Shown: positions 47,100-61,618 of the stretch, one piece after another | Layout of the letters: the number at the start of each line of letters is the position of its first letter | Numbering within the stretch: the first letter of the stretch is position 1 | NCBI GenBank assembly: GCA_008632985.1 | Contig: QPGO01000029.1 | Location: 322,874 to 386,873 of the forward strand | DNA from: Psammoneis japonica | Taxonomy: Eukaryota | Direction: 5' to 3' | Length of the DNA: 64,000 bases | Translations under genes and position numbers: made by a program | The notes under the pieces: model-generated | Told to the model about the DNA's origin: nothing | The model's input: only the letters and a program-made list of their open reading frames with translations | Databases searched by the model: none

Positions 47100-48500
47100 T
47101 GTCACGCTCCAAGATTTGGCCGGCCACGCCAGCCCGCCCGGCGCCGTCCGGCAAGCACGGCACGCACGTGCACCTTCTCCTCGCTCAAGGTGGCTCAGGA
47201 GCTCTATGATGCAACCATTCACTCTGTCATGTCCTGCTGTTTGGCACAGCCGGTTGGCCTCCCAAAGCAGAACTCTTACCATCATGGTGCCACACTGGCT
47301 GGCAGCAGAGGAGAGTTGCCACTGTCTTTGAGCTGCAGGTTCCTCTTGAGTGACAAGGAGGAAGGAACTGAGAAAACTGGCTCTCTGGCTGCTGGCTGTT
47401 GATTGTGAGCATGAGATTGGGAAAGTGAGGGGATGTGAGAAGGGGTCTCTTGGTTGACACTGTCTCTCTGGAGAGTGTGCCTCTGGCTCCAGAGCAGACA
47501 ACTGCCAGAGGGTCTGAGCAGAGAGGTCAACGTGCAACCTTCCGCATGCCATGGTCCGTGGCTGACATGAAAGACTCTCATGGTGGCATTTTTCAACCCG
47601 CGCTGCAACACCCTGTTGTCAAGTGATGGGGGTTGTCTCCTGTTGCATTTCTTCTCAAATCAACCTGTCAATCCAACCACTCTCTTTGTTTGCCATGAGG
47701 GTAGAAACAACAACGGCGGCAGAACACAGCACATGTGCAGCGCTGCTTGCCTTGGAACTTTCAACACTTCTTCTTGATGATGGCACTGCCAGGGGCATTT
47801 GTGGCATTGATTTTGTTGATGGCTTCTTGAAATGATTCACCATGTCAACTTGGCAGTTGCTTCTTTTGTTTGGCTTTCACGAGGGTGATGGAGATGCACA
47901 AACTTTTGCTGCTGCAAAACAACTTGGCTGGACATCTGTGTGTGTTGCCATCCATGCTGCTGCATCTTCATCCATCACCATCCTTCATCACATGGACCCA
48001 AGACAAGGGGATGATCATTTGAAAATTGCCCATGGCCCAGCAATGGCTTTTGCTCTTCTTTGGGCAGAGTGGCAAATGTGCGGGTTGAGCCCTCCACAAA
48101 AACAAGTTTCTCAGCGTTGTGCCAGGCAGGTTTGAGAAGAGCCACATTGTCCACAGAATGATGCTCAAGTCTTTCTCAAGGCAACATTGACATGAGACAG
48201 ATTTCTTTGCCACCAAGACACTGGCCAAAGCACAAAAAGGACAAATGTTGTCATTTGTGTTGGCCATGCTGTTGGAGTCTCATCATGGCAGGCAGATGAT
48301 GGACACCCCAAGATCGCCGTCATGTGGGGTTCTTCTTGGCAGGTGGTCAGCAAGAACATGGGGCAAGTTTTGGCAACCCAAGGTGGTGACTTCCAATGTT
48401 AAAATGTTTTGTGTGTTCAGCTGCTCTGCTTCACACAATCAATCTTGTGACTGGAGTTGGGAAGTCGTGCTGTGATTTGTGAGAGAAAATACACATTTCA
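47100..48500. repeat. TpA/CpG-depleted repeat island 5 (decayed element)
   Basis: Very few TA dinucleotides, almost Tyr-free overlapping ORFs on both strands. Confidence 0.6.
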
Positions 48501-48730
48501 TCATAGCAATCCTGTCTCATCTCAACGATCATTTGTCCATTTTGAGGGAACGTACTAGTGACGTGGACTTAAGTGTGAAGCAAATGGTGTAACAGCCATG
48601 TGCCGCGACTGCGATGTATGTGTGACTTCAAAGTATCAAAAAGACAAGTCATGCCTCTATTATCAATGACAACGTATCCCAACGGTATTTGTAGCAACCG
48701 CCTTTCCACGCTCTTCATTTCAGGGTGCAC

Positions 48731-50378
<1,648 letters not shown>

Positions 50379-51454
50379 CTATGGATTGCTTTTAGCACTG
50401 ACGAAGAATCACGATCTTGAACTCAGCGGGAAGATCGCGACGGATTGGGTTTCCGCCAAACCAACACAAGAATGAATGGAAAGCTTTCAAGCCCTGAACG
50501 GTCCAATCAAGCGTTGTAGATGCAAACAAACGGTTGCAACGGTACCGAAAGGTAGGTTGTTGTTGCTTGTTGCTGCGTGTTTGGTGTTGTGGAGATCTTG
50601 GTGAGAATAAGGGGTTGAGGCAAGTTGAGGTTGGGTTTCAGGTTTTGAATATTTTCAATTTTCAATTTTCAATTTTTTTGATATTTGGAAATCTTGGAAA
50701 AAAAAGACGATTTGAAAGCGAAACTCTTATCTACTCTATCTACTTTATCTATCTACTCTCTACTCTCTCTCTACTCTAGAGACAGTAACTTGCTAGTAGA
50801 AGCAGCTAGCTTGGTACACCCCGAAACGGGAGCAGAAAGCCTTGAGACAGGCCAAAGGAGCTTGAACGAAGAACCTAACGAAGTTTGGATCGCACCCAAT
50901 ACAGCGGAGCAGAGACCAAGATAATTTGGATAAAACTACTCTCTAGAGTAGACGCCTGTTGTCACATTGTACCGGTAGCATAGCATACCGGTAGCTACCG
51001 TTACCGGTAGTAGCAGTGATCAGTCCTTGCTGCCTGGCCATCGACCGTCCCTCGTCTTCGTAACTTCCATCACACTCGTTTTGAGTTCGATGTGCTGATC
51101 CACTCCAACTTGGCATACCTTGAAATTCAATCCAGCCTGCTAGAGTCCATTCCTGAGGGCATCCGTGCGGTAAATATATTGTATTGTGATGGCGTCTGTC
51201 ATTGCCGATTGATCTGCACACCGCATTCTTGCAAAGCAAGCCACTCAATTCCTCAAAACAAAGAGCTGATAGTTGATATAGTGAAGGCTTTTCGTCACTT
51301 TTAGAGTAGTTAGTAGGCCTCACTATAATATCGATATAGGAACTAAACAATCTCAGTTTCGTCAGATTCACAATAAACCTGCTACCAAAACTGTATAGCA
51401 AATAGAAATAGAAGATCGCTTGTAGGATGGAGAATCATGGATACTGTACTGAAA

Positions 51455-52036
51455 TCAGGTGCATGAATATCCCGTGTTTTCGTCTCCAACACAAACCTGC
51501 CCTTCCGGACATCCCACGTTGGCATCCCTAAAGCACTGGCATGTGCCTTCGAAGCACTGAGTTGTACTACAGTCAAAGACAACGTCAGGATCACACGTTG
51601 AACCAATAGGCAAACCACAAAAGGGGGGCAAATCTGTCAAAAAAAAATCTGGGTTGGTACAGGTACGGTCACTGGTGCATCCGGCGTTGGTGGCTATGTT
51701 GCATCGGCAGCTTCCTGGTGTACCAGGAGGTACCAAGCCAAAAAAGCAATTTTTGCTTTCGCAAACAGCATCTTCGCGGCACTCGGAACCAACTGGTAAG
51801 CCTTGTGCTGGAGGAGGTGATGGAGACATTGTGACAAGACTGGATATTTGAAGGATCCTCTCCCAGTATTGGCTTTCTTCATCGTCCAACAAGGCAGATT
51901 CAAATGTTAACGAGTTTTTGGAATGGCTTTCGCTGCTACCCCTGTCGGCCTCGGTGACGACTCCATCAGAAGCAACTCCGCGAAAAGAAACCAAAAGGCA
52001 GGCTGCAGCCAGTGCCGTGGCAGATGACAGTCTCAT
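51455..52036 (-). CDS. Small secreted cysteine-rich protein
   Basis: Signal peptide MRLSSATALAAACLLV; two Cys-rich repeats (GLPVGSEC.../GLPIGSTC...). Confidence 0.75.
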   Translation of the reverse strand: MRLSSATALAAACLLVSFRGVASDGVVTEADRGSSESHSKNSLTFESALLDDEESQYWERILQISSLVTMSPSPPPAQGLPVGSECREDAVCESKNCFFGLVPPGTPGSCRCNIATNAGCTSDRTCTNPDFFLTDLPPFCGLPIGSTCDPDVVFDCSTTQCFEGTCQCFRDANVGCPEGQVCVGDENTGYSCT

Positions 52037-52389
52037 TGTTTGCGGTCCCTCACTGGCTCGAGAAATTGTGAGACAAAGCAAGGCGATAACGAACTCATTC
52101 GCAGTATCGTCTTTACTGAAGCATCTTGTTATATATATATTGTAATATTTATTAATGTTAGGAAGATGAGTTTACGACGGGGATATAACGATCTTATTAT
52201 TCGATCTTCGCATCAATAACAAATGTTTACCGGCAATTAACGCCAAAATGAATTACACTTTTGCATACAATTCATAAACAAGTACATCATGGATGCGCCA
52301 TGGCGTTCATTCTCTGGTTGCGCTCCCTTAAATGATTCTCAATACCATCTAATCATCTCGCAGCACGTACACGGACGGTGAACGTTTGC

Positions 52390-53538
52390 ATGCCCTTGTT
52401 ATTTTTGCAGACCGTTGTTGTTTTGGTATCTACGTTTTACGCAAAAGCCATGGGATTCTCTGCAGTTAAATCAGCGGCCGAGGCAAGGTCCTTTACGGAC
52501 GGCATCAAACTTGCGCATGGCAATGTCGTTTTGCCGTGCGTGGGCTATGGCACGTATCGTTTGGGGAAATCCAATGCTTACGATTCAACCTTGAAGGCGC
52601 TTGAATGCGGTTATCGCTGTATTGATACAGCTTTTATCTACGGAAATCAGTCCACTGAACAAGCAGTAGGGAAAGCCATACAGACCGCGATGAAGCGTAA
52701 AATCATCAAGAAGAGAGAAGATATCTTTGTGATTACAAAGACGTGGCGAGCTTATCACGGTTACGAACCGACAAAGAAATGCCTGGAACAAAGTTTGAAG
52801 CAATTGCAGCTGGATTATGTTGATATGTGGCTAATTCACTGGCCAGGTCCTGCATACAATACGATGAACCGGAAACGAAAAGTTATTGAAGAAGAAGGGC
52901 CTTGGCACTACGCCAAGACGAGCCAAGAGGATATGGCGCACGTTCGTTCGGAAACGTGGCGGGCAATGGAAGACATTTACAAGGAGGGAAAGAAGGTCCG
53001 CGCTATTGGCGTTTCCAACTTTACAACTAAGCACCTGCAGACCTTGAAGGGAACAGCAACTGTATGGCCGCCGTTTGTCAACCAAATAGAATGCCACCCC
53101 CTCTACCCCCAAGACGAGCTTGTGGAGTACTGCAGAGCTGAAAACATTGCTGTTCAAGCGTACGCCTCGCTTGGTGGACAAGACACTTCTAAAAAGGCTT
53201 GGCAAGCTCTGATGAACAAAGATCAAACTGAGGAGGGAAAGAAATCAACAAAACAAATAGTCAAGCATCTCCTCGAAGCTCCCATTGTGAATGAAATCGC
53301 GGCCGAGTTGCAAAAGACACCAGCTCAAGTACTACTTCGATGGGCACTGGAACGAAACATGGTTATCATACCAAAGGCCACTTCGACGGAGCGCATGACG
53401 GAAAACTCTCTAGTTTTTGATTTTCAACTGACCAAAGCGCATTGTGATTCCATCCAACAAGAGCTTGCGCCCGAGACAGAAGATGATGGACGCCTATGTT
53501 GGAGGAGAGATCCTCTTCGATTTCTCGACTTTGACTGA
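52390..53538 (+). CDS. Aldo/keto reductase
   Basis: VGYGTY, GYRCIDTAFIYGN, DYVDMWLIHWP, RAIGVSNF, NQIECHP, AQVLLRW, IPK. Confidence 0.95.
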   Translation: MPLLFLQTVVVLVSTFYAKAMGFSAVKSAAEARSFTDGIKLAHGNVVLPCVGYGTYRLGKSNAYDSTLKALECGYRCIDTAFIYGNQSTEQAVGKAIQTAMKRKIIKKREDIFVITKTWRAYHGYEPTKKCLEQSLKQLQLDYVDMWLIHWPGPAYNTMNRKRKVIEEEGPWHYAKTSQEDMAHVRSETWRAMEDIYKEGKKVRAIGVSNFTTKHLQTLKGTATVWPPFVNQIECHPLYPQDELVEYCRAENIAVQAYASLGGQDTSKKAWQALMNKDQTEEGKKSTKQIVKHLLEAPIVNEIAAELQKTPAQVLLRWALERNMVIIPKATSTERMTENSLVFDFQLTKAHCDSIQQELAPETEDDGRLCWRRDPLRFLDFD

Positions 53539-53796
53539 TGTGCGTGTAGCAGAATGCCCTATCATCATAATATTGCCTCGTTTCTGAATAAGTAGGACTA
53601 GAACACTTTATTTTCAACTACTACTCTCGAAATCGCGTTGTTCCGTTGCACTCCTCAGAAAGGAGCATAGCATTGATAAATCCATGCTGACTTTGTGCAT
53701 GAGTTTTCGTCGCCGTCAAATCACCAAGAAATAATGATTCCCCTTCTAGCATAATGAAGAGATTTGACGGGGTTTCGAATCCAACACTTTCCCTCC

Positions 53797-55217
53797 CTAT
53801 TCAAGCTTAGCTCGTTTCGCATCCGGCTCGGACGAGGCCCCGGTATACCATGTCAGTGGTGGCAACGGCTGCTCATTCAACTTAATACTCGTAGGTTTAT
53901 CCTCTTCCACGTCGAGTCCTTCTAATGCCATTGCATCTAGCAAAAGTTCTTTTCGCTTCTTGAGAAGCTCATCGGTTTCGTCCAGCTTGTAAAAAGCTTC
54001 TGCAGCCTCATCGGCTCCAAAGTGGCATCGCGATCGAATTAGCAAGTATATGAGCCGCTTACGAGCAGCGCTCTGTTTCTCCACAATCTCACTAAATGTC
54101 TGAATGTTTTGAAGAGACTCGTCCAGGTCGAGCTCCAGCACCTCATCGTTGAAGTGCTTACAGAGCTCATGCATGTCCTTTTCTGAAATCTCTGCTTCTT
54201 CACCGGTCTTTTCCGCCTCCTCCTTAGCAAATCTACAAATGTTCATGGCAGACTCCGGTATGGATGAAAACAGAGATGATAACTGCACTGCATTGTCGCT
54301 TCTCAAATCTCGAGCAATCTGCAAGGTTGCAATCGCCCTGCAGGGTTCCAAGAACTCACGCGATTCCACCTTTCCTTGGGGAATGTCCTTTTTAGAAAAC
54401 GAGTTGATAAATCGAAAAATGTAAGAAACACATGTCATATATGATATCGCTCGTCCCAAAAAGCACAAAAAGATGGATTTTTCTCACTCACCTCTTTCTC
54501 GAAATCAAACTTTATTGTAGCCGGAGAGGTTGGCGTGGCGGTGCGCTCCGCTGAGTCTTGTTCTGGCTTGTCCTTGGGTGCAGGTGTCGCTACCACCTCC
54601 GAAGTGTCAGCTTTGCTCTCTTCAGGATCTGGTACGACTTGTTCTTCTTTTTTGATTTCTTCCTTTGGCACTTCTGTTGAACTCGGAGTAACAGGAGCTT
54701 CTCCCTCTTTCTCCTCTTGAAGTGTTTCGGTTGGTTTTGACTCCTCCACTGACTCAGTTTCTGCCTTCGACGAGGGCTCGTTCACTGCCGGTTCTACATC
54801 ATTTGTTGTGGATGGAGATGAATACGCTTGTTGAATCTGTGCAAGAAGCGTCGGACTGCCCAAAACGCCCTTCTCCTCCCATTGATTCAAGAGGTCTCCG
54901 AGACGCTCATCCCCATGCAAAGCTCCTACCGATGGCAACAATACAGTTTCTCCGAGGGTCGTTCTCAAGTCGGCAAGGCGATCCCATTTCTTGGGATCAT
55001 CCATGTTGAGCAGGAGGACTTCATGTACCAATTGAAGATACAGCCATTTCCGTGCCGGTCCGGCCTTTTGAATGGCTTCAGCCAATGCGTTAGACAAGGC
55101 ACTTGCGTGCTTGCGATTAAAGCCCATCCATTTTGCCAGCGTCTGAAGAGATTCTTTGCTGGCGCTATCTGCCAAGGCTGAAAGCTTTGTCTCTAACTTG
55201 CTTGACCATGACGACAT
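53797..55217 (-). CDS. RNA Pol II CTD-interacting (CID) domain protein, RPRD1/Rtt103-like
   Basis: LETKLSAL..SKESLQTLAKW..FNRKHA, LYLQLVHEVL, LLNQWEEKGV; predicted intron 54388-54491. Confidence 0.8.
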
Positions 55218-55798
55218 GGTGATAGAGGTTGGAACAACTATGATACAATGATGATGCGTCGGCAGTGTTGTTGTTTCAGTGCAGTTGTTTATGGCTCGTC
55301 GCTCGTCGCCGCCAATTCGGTGGCACTGCGGCTTTCCCGCGTTTTTTTGTTTTTTTTTTCCAATTTTCCGAAATTTTTCGAAATTTTTCGCAGAGAATCT
55401 TCCAATATGACATTTTTATAGCTTTCATTCGATATTGAAGAAGTCTATTGAACGGATTTTGAATTTTGACACTTCTCTGTCTGTTCGTCTGTCTATCCGT
55501 GCTTTTCGTTGTCGTTGTGCGTGAGTGTCCGTTGCCTTTGCGTTGTGTGGCGTTGCGTTGTCTCATTTTGAATCAATCATCAAGCCGATCCCGCTTCCCG
55601 CTTCACTGTTTCACTGTTTCGTTTCGGCGAAGGAAAGAGGAACGACGACGACGCCGTTGTTGCTGTTGTTGTCCCCGATACGACCAGCGTCAATAAAGAC
55701 AAGGGAATCTCGCCGACAGTAGCGACGTCGAAGTGCTTTTGATTTGGAATTTTGAGAGGAAGAATCATCGCTAAAGTTGCTGTCGCCCATTTATAGCC

Positions 55799-58700
55799 AT
55801 GACACCGTTTTTCTCAGAGACGCCCGGTGCTACGGTTGTTGATCAAACACCCGATGACTCGCCTCTAGCCATTGCGAACTTGGCTCTGTCAAACATCTCG
55901 AAGGTAGCAACCCGTCATTTGGAAGAAGAGGAAGAACCAATACCACCGGATGATGGCGAAGTCCTTCGGACCACCATGATGATTTATGGATCCCTATATG
56001 TGGTGTTGGTCTTTATTTTTTGTTGCTTGAGAACCAGATACAAATGCTACAACGTCCGGAGCTGGTCCGATAAGGTCAGATGTGATCTCGCTGATCGCCA
56101 GTATGGATTCATCAACTGGATGTGGCGGGTTTATGCTGTTTCCGAAGACGAAATCATGGAGGCTGCGGGGATGGACGCGCTTTGCTTCTTGCGGGGATTG
56201 GAGTTTGGCTTCAAAGTTTCACTTATGGGGATATTCAACTCGATATGGCTCATGCCAATATACGCTACAAGTCCAGAATCAGACGAAACGTCCTATATTA
56301 CCGATAGGATTGTTCAAGTATCGGTGTCGTACGTGCCGAGTTCGAATCCGAGGTTGATTGCAACAGCCGTTGCAGCCTGGATAATCTTCCTCTTCACCAT
56401 GTACCTTATTCTCCAGGTACGTAAGAGGTTAAAGGCCATCCACCATATTGTTGCGTTTCTCGCCCTTACTGATACTTGTGCTTCTACTTGCTTTCCAGGA
56501 GTTTGCATGGTTTACTAGCAGGCGGCACATGTTCCTTTCAAAGCCCATGCCGAGAAACTACACCGTATACATTATGCATCTCCCATTGGAGCAGCAAACG
56601 AACTCGGGGCTTCTTACCTTCTTTCGCGATTCTTTTGGGCAGAATGCTATACTGGAGGCCCAAGTAGCCCTCGAAATCCCCAGGTTGGAAAAGAAGGTGG
56701 CTCGGCGTGAAACCGTCATTGCGAAACTGGAGCACGCCATTGCCTTTGAAAAGATAAAGGGTAAAAAACCGACTCACCTCGCCAGTGTAACTGGCGAAAA
56801 GGTCAACTCGATCGATGCATACACAGAAGAGCTGGTGGCTTTGAACGATGAAATCGCCGAGGCCATTGAAACTATCAACATTTCAAACTTGGATTCGACG
56901 TATCGACAAGACCTGGAAGTTGCAATGATAAAGAATGATGTTCCTCTTTCCACCATTCACTCTGTTCTTGGGGACCGAACAGATGATTCTGTCGTTTCTG
57001 GTATGACAACGCCGGCTGAGATGTACGAGCCTCCTACCGAGGCTCCAGAAGAGTCTGCCAGGTTTGAGAGCATTGCCGAAGAGCAAGAAGAGTCTTCCAA
57101 AAAGAGTTTGGTTTTTGAAGAGTCAAGATCTTCAAACGAATTCGAGAGTGTGTCGTCGACCGAAAAAGTTGTTAGCTCTTCAAGTAAGCTCAAAGCTTCG
57201 ACCAGCAGGTTGACTGATTCAACCAAGAAAGTTGGATCGAAGGTTCCAAAAGAATTGGCAAGGGTGTAAAAGAGAGCGTCAAGGCCACTGTGAATGTCGC
57301 AGATGTCATTGTGAATGGAGCTGAAGATGGTACTCCACGAGAATCAGGCTTTGTCACTTTCAATCCCTTCGGGCAACACACATGGCTCTTCAAATGGTTC
57401 ACCACCCGAAGCCCTTCAAGATGCTCATCTCGGAAGCACCCGATCCTGAAGATATCTTCTGGAAGAACGTAGGGAAGGATCACAAGAAGCTTCAGAGTGG
57501 CAAGCTTATTGGTCTCACATTGACCATATTGCTCTGTTTCTTTTGGACTATTCCCGTTGCGTTTGTTGCTTCCCTTTCGTCGGTGGATGGACTCAAAGAG
57601 CGCCTCCCATTCTTGGAGGACTGGATTGAAAGCTTTCCAGCTCTGGAACCCATTCTGGCTCAGCTGGCCCCTCTGTTCCTTGTCGGGCTCCAACTGCTTC
57701 TTCCTTACATCGTTATCGAGTTTTGCAAGTTGGAGGGTCCTGTCTCTAACTCGGTGTTGGAAGCCTCGTTGTTTGTGAAGCTCGCAGCGTTTATGGTATG
57801 TGATAATGCATCGTGTGTTGATGGTGAACAAACCTTTTATCCAACAGCTTCTCACTTGAACTTTCGGTGCGACTTTAGATTATCCAAACATTCTTCGTTG
57901 GTTCCATCTCTGGAAGTATTTCTAAATCGATATCCGATAGCATCAACGACCCGTCAATTATAATCGATCTCCTGGCCAACTCGCTGCCAACGCAAGCAAT
58001 CTTTTATGTTCAGATTCTACTGGTTTCAACATTCTTGGGGCAAGGACTTGAGCTAAATAGAGTACTGGCTTTGATTATTGCTTTCATCCGAGCAAGAGTT
58101 GGACCTAACCTTACAGAGAAGGAACGCGAGTCCACCTGGATGGGATTGTCTCCGATTGCGGATCCATGGGAGTTTGAATATGCGGAGGTACTTGCTGAGG
58201 GAATTCTTTATTTCATGGTGACCTTTGTCTATTCCTGCTTGTCACCCATCACAAACTATTTCCTGCACTGTGCTACCTGTTGTTGGGGAGTGGATATCGC
58301 TACGTATTCTTTCACATCTATCCTCCTACACCTGACTCGGGAGGGAAATTGTGGACGGGGTTCATCGGAATTGTTCAAACTTGCATGCTGATTGCGCAAA
58401 TCACTCTCTTTGGCTATTTTGGTCTCAAGAAGGCTCCAGGTAAGCCCGTCTCGGTGAATGAGATGTCTCGTCTTGGAATTCCCGTCTAACCTCTCTTGCA
58501 TTATCCACAGTGGCGGCTGGCCTTATGGTTCCTCTGATCATAACGACCATACTTTTCAACATCTACATTCGACAAGAGCATTACCGAGCTGCTTCCCATT
58601 TGCCACGAGTGATTGTCAAGAGCTGGATATCAGGAACAACCGATACGGTCCGATGGACTTTAGCTTTGTCAAGGGCGGGTACATACAACCTGCAATGCAG

Positions 58701-58856
58701 GTGAAACGTGCTTGGCCAGACAACTTTGGCACTGCAAGAGAAGTTGCCCATGAACCCTTACCATTCCTCAACGCCCGTAGCGAGGTTGAAGACTATGATG
58801 ACGAGTTGGAAAACCTGACGACTAGCATGGCTGCGCAGTCCGTGTCCTACCGGTAG
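55799..58856 (+). CDS. OSCA/CSC1/TMEM63 calcium-permeable channel (several apparent frameshifts)
   Basis: GMDALCFLR, SGFVTF, EAPDPEDIFWKN, FFWTIPVAFV, IYPPTPDSGGKLW; introns near 56417-56498, 57796-57879 and 58440-58510. Confidence 0.88.
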
Positions 58857-59166
58857 AGGTAGTTAGTTTCCATGATATCTCTAGAGTATTAGTACACACA
58901 TTGCTGAGACTCTCCACTGTACAGTAAACATAGCATACCTCTGGTATCCACAGGGCCCTACCGAACTAGCTGTCTCGGCTTTGGCCGTCTCCCACACCTT
59001 TTGGGGAGCTTGGCTAAAGGCAATCTTAACATCTTTCCCATCATTGTCCACTTTCCATTTTGGACGGTCCTTTGACTGCTCGGTTCTATCATACTTATCC
59101 ATCAAGCTGTCCTCAATCAAGTGGAGATCCTCGTCGCAAAAATTCAAGTCCTCTGTTGGATTGAAA

Positions 59167-59529
59167 NNNNNNNNNNNNNNNNNNNNNNNNNNNNNNNNNN
59201 NNNNNNNNNNNNNNNNNNNNNNNNNNNNNNNNNNNNNNNNNNNNNNNNNNNNNNNNNNNNNNNNNNNNNNNNNNNNNNNNNNNNNNNNNNNNNNNNNNNN
59301 NNNNNNNNNNNNNNNNNNNNNNNNNNNNNNNNNNNNNNNNNNNNNNNNNNNNNNNNNNNNNNNNNNNNNNNNNNNNNNNNNNNNNNNNNNNNNNNNNNNN
59401 NNNNNNNNNNNNNNNNNNNNNNNNNNNNNNNNNNNNNNNNNNNNNNNNNNNNNNNNNNNNNNNNNNNNNNNNNNNNNNNNNNNNNNNNNNNNNNNNNNNN
59501 NNNNNNNNNNNNNNNNNNNNNNNNNNNNN
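59167..59529. other. Assembly gap (N run)
   Basis: Run of n characters. Confidence 1.
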
Positions 59530-59816
59530 AAAATTCATATATCATAATTGGAAGCGTGCGCATAGATATTTTAGTTATTCTGTTAGATTGTTTATATAAC
59601 TCAATTTTTAATATATTAAGAATTGTTGAATTTCATCATAATAAATAAAACTGTTAAAGTATGGAGCGTTATAACATCCGTTATGCTTATTGGTCTCACA
59701 CACGAAACAGAAATCGAGTGCCACACAACACACAACGCGACACACGACACGCAAAGACGTTCGAAGTTCGAAGCTTCTCAACAAGCGGCACGCGGCAGTC
59801 ACGTTGCGTGTGGTCC

Positions 59817-61415
59817 ATGAACACTTTGAACTCGGTGATCATGTGGGGGTTGTTCCATCGGGAAGAACACGAGCCATCTGATGCTTCCTCTACAGTTGAT
59901 TCGTCTACAGAGCGAAAGTCCGTAACGCCGAGAGGAAAAGAAAGAAAGAGATTGGGCTTTGGACGACGGCATTTGCATTCGAAGCGTACATCTGACGATG
60001 ACATTGCGTTGAATATTGCGGTGAACGATGAAGCTATGAACGTGGATGAAGCTCATTGTGGAATTGAAGTGTCGTTAGACTGGAAAGCTTCTCACAAGTC
60101 TGAGCAGATGGACGAATCGAACCACAGCGAGGCTCAGTCCCGTTCTTTTGTGTCGCTGTCGCATCAACTCAAGCACTGCAGAAAAGTCCATAAATCCCAG
60201 TTCTCGACCAATTTTCCTGCGCTGGAACAAATTTCATGCTTTCCCGGTGACGACTCACAAAAGACCTATCGACGAAACCACCGTGTTCCTATTTTAGATG
60301 TTGCTCCGGGGTATGTTCAATCGCCAGAAGAAATGCTGGCGTTGTTGGAGAGCTTTGAGCCTCAGGACGAAGTATCAGCTGTGCGACAAGAACTGAACAA
60401 TCTCAATGCTGAGTTAGAAGCAATCGAGGATGACCGATATGAGTTAGATAAGTCGTTTGTAGAATTACCACCGACTACTCCCGAAAAGAAAGCAGCCTCG
60501 GAAGAATCTGACGAAGATGTTCCAAAGTGGGACGTTCACTATTTGCTTGGGGGGAGAAACGACCTTACACCTTTGGAAAGGGCTCAACTGCAGCAGAACC
60601 GAGGCTTGTGTCTTACACTAAATATGCAGAATCCCCGAGCACGAGAAGCCTTCTCATCCAAATGCGGTTCCAAGGTTGGAATCGCGAAAGGCAAATTTGC
60701 GTCGGAAACTTATGGTGCCTCTTTGTCTCTTGGTCCCCACAATTGCAAAAGCGGCGGAGCTGGTGCCACTATCAGGTACTTTTCAATTATGAATGGGGGT
60801 GATTCGGGATCGTCCTTTTTTGTGAGTCGGGACAGTGGAAAGTCTTTTTCCTGGGGACCCTTTCCGCCGAGATTGCATCGGCGCATGAAGAAAGCGGGGA
60901 TTGTCCCGCAGAATGGAGAAGGGGGGTTGACGTATCTGACGACGGGTCCGCGTGGATGCTATTTTTGTCAGTTTGATTCAGGGGAATGCTGGTGGGGAAA
61001 TGCGCTCGGGGACGACCACGACTTTGATTCTATAGTCACCGCTTGGGATGTTTTCCGTGTTGCCTTTGGACCGATGAAGACTTTTGCAGACAAGAATGGC
61101 GAGACCATTCTTACCAACTCCTGGATTATTCTTAGCCGTGATGGGCGAGTCGCTTGGAAGAATTTGCCCTTGAGACTTCACAACCGACTGTATGATCGTT
61201 TAGCAGATTGGGCGGCACCCGTTGCAGTGTCGCTTGGCTTTGCGGACTCCTACTTTATCCGCTTTCTCGACGGGTCGGTTGACTACTGCCTCCCTGCTGC
61301 AGCTGCAAGTGCTTGTGAAGATATTGAAAGACGAGGAGGAATAATAACAGACATGGTGCTTCATCCTGAAGTTGCGCAAGAGTACATCATTCGCCACACC
61401 GAACTATCCACATGA
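59817..61415 (+). CDS. Hypothetical protein
   Basis: Intact ORF over 500 aa; C-terminal globular region with repeated GP-YF / G-W-LP motifs. Confidence 0.75.
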   Translation: MNTLNSVIMWGLFHREEHEPSDASSTVDSSTERKSVTPRGKERKRLGFGRRHLHSKRTSDDDIALNIAVNDEAMNVDEAHCGIEVSLDWKASHKSEQMDESNHSEAQSRSFVSLSHQLKHCRKVHKSQFSTNFPALEQISCFPGDDSQKTYRRNHRVPILDVAPGYVQSPEEMLALLESFEPQDEVSAVRQELNNLNAELEAIEDDRYELDKSFVELPPTTPEKKAASEESDEDVPKWDVHYLLGGRNDLTPLERAQLQQNRGLCLTLNMQNPRAREAFSSKCGSKVGIAKGKFASETYGASLSLGPHNCKSGGAGATIRYFSIMNGGDSGSSFFVSRDSGKSFSWGPFPPRLHRRMKKAGIVPQNGEGGLTYLTTGPRGCYFCQFDSGECWWGNALGDDHDFDSIVTAWDVFRVAFGPMKTFADKNGETILTNSWIILSRDGRVAWKNLPLRLHNRLYDRLADWAAPVAVSLGFADSYFIRFLDGSVDYCLPAAAASACEDIERRGGIITDMVLHPEVAQEYIIRHTELST

Positions 61416-61618
61416 AAACGTGCATGACCCATTATTTCAAGCACTGCACTCACGATCGGTTTCGCAGCTGCTCTCCCCAAGCCTCTCAAATTGATGATAG
61501 ACGGTAGAAGTAGGGCCTACTCATAACTCCGCCCAAGTAAAACAGAAAATCTCGCATCTTCTCAGTCTACTTATATTACATTGAAGAAAAGCTACTGTGT
61601 TCAATTGAGCATCGGCAA

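Noticed and set aside
1770..48500. Classical RIP or CpG deamination alone as the cause of island composition
   Set aside because: C->T processes create or leave TpA and cannot turn Tyr into His/Cys or TTAA into TCAA/TTGA; CpG decay is present but explains only part
50943..51401. 152-aa minus-strand ORF as a gene
   Set aside because: Non-ATG start, no recognisable motif, lies in the 3' region of the Cys-rich gene
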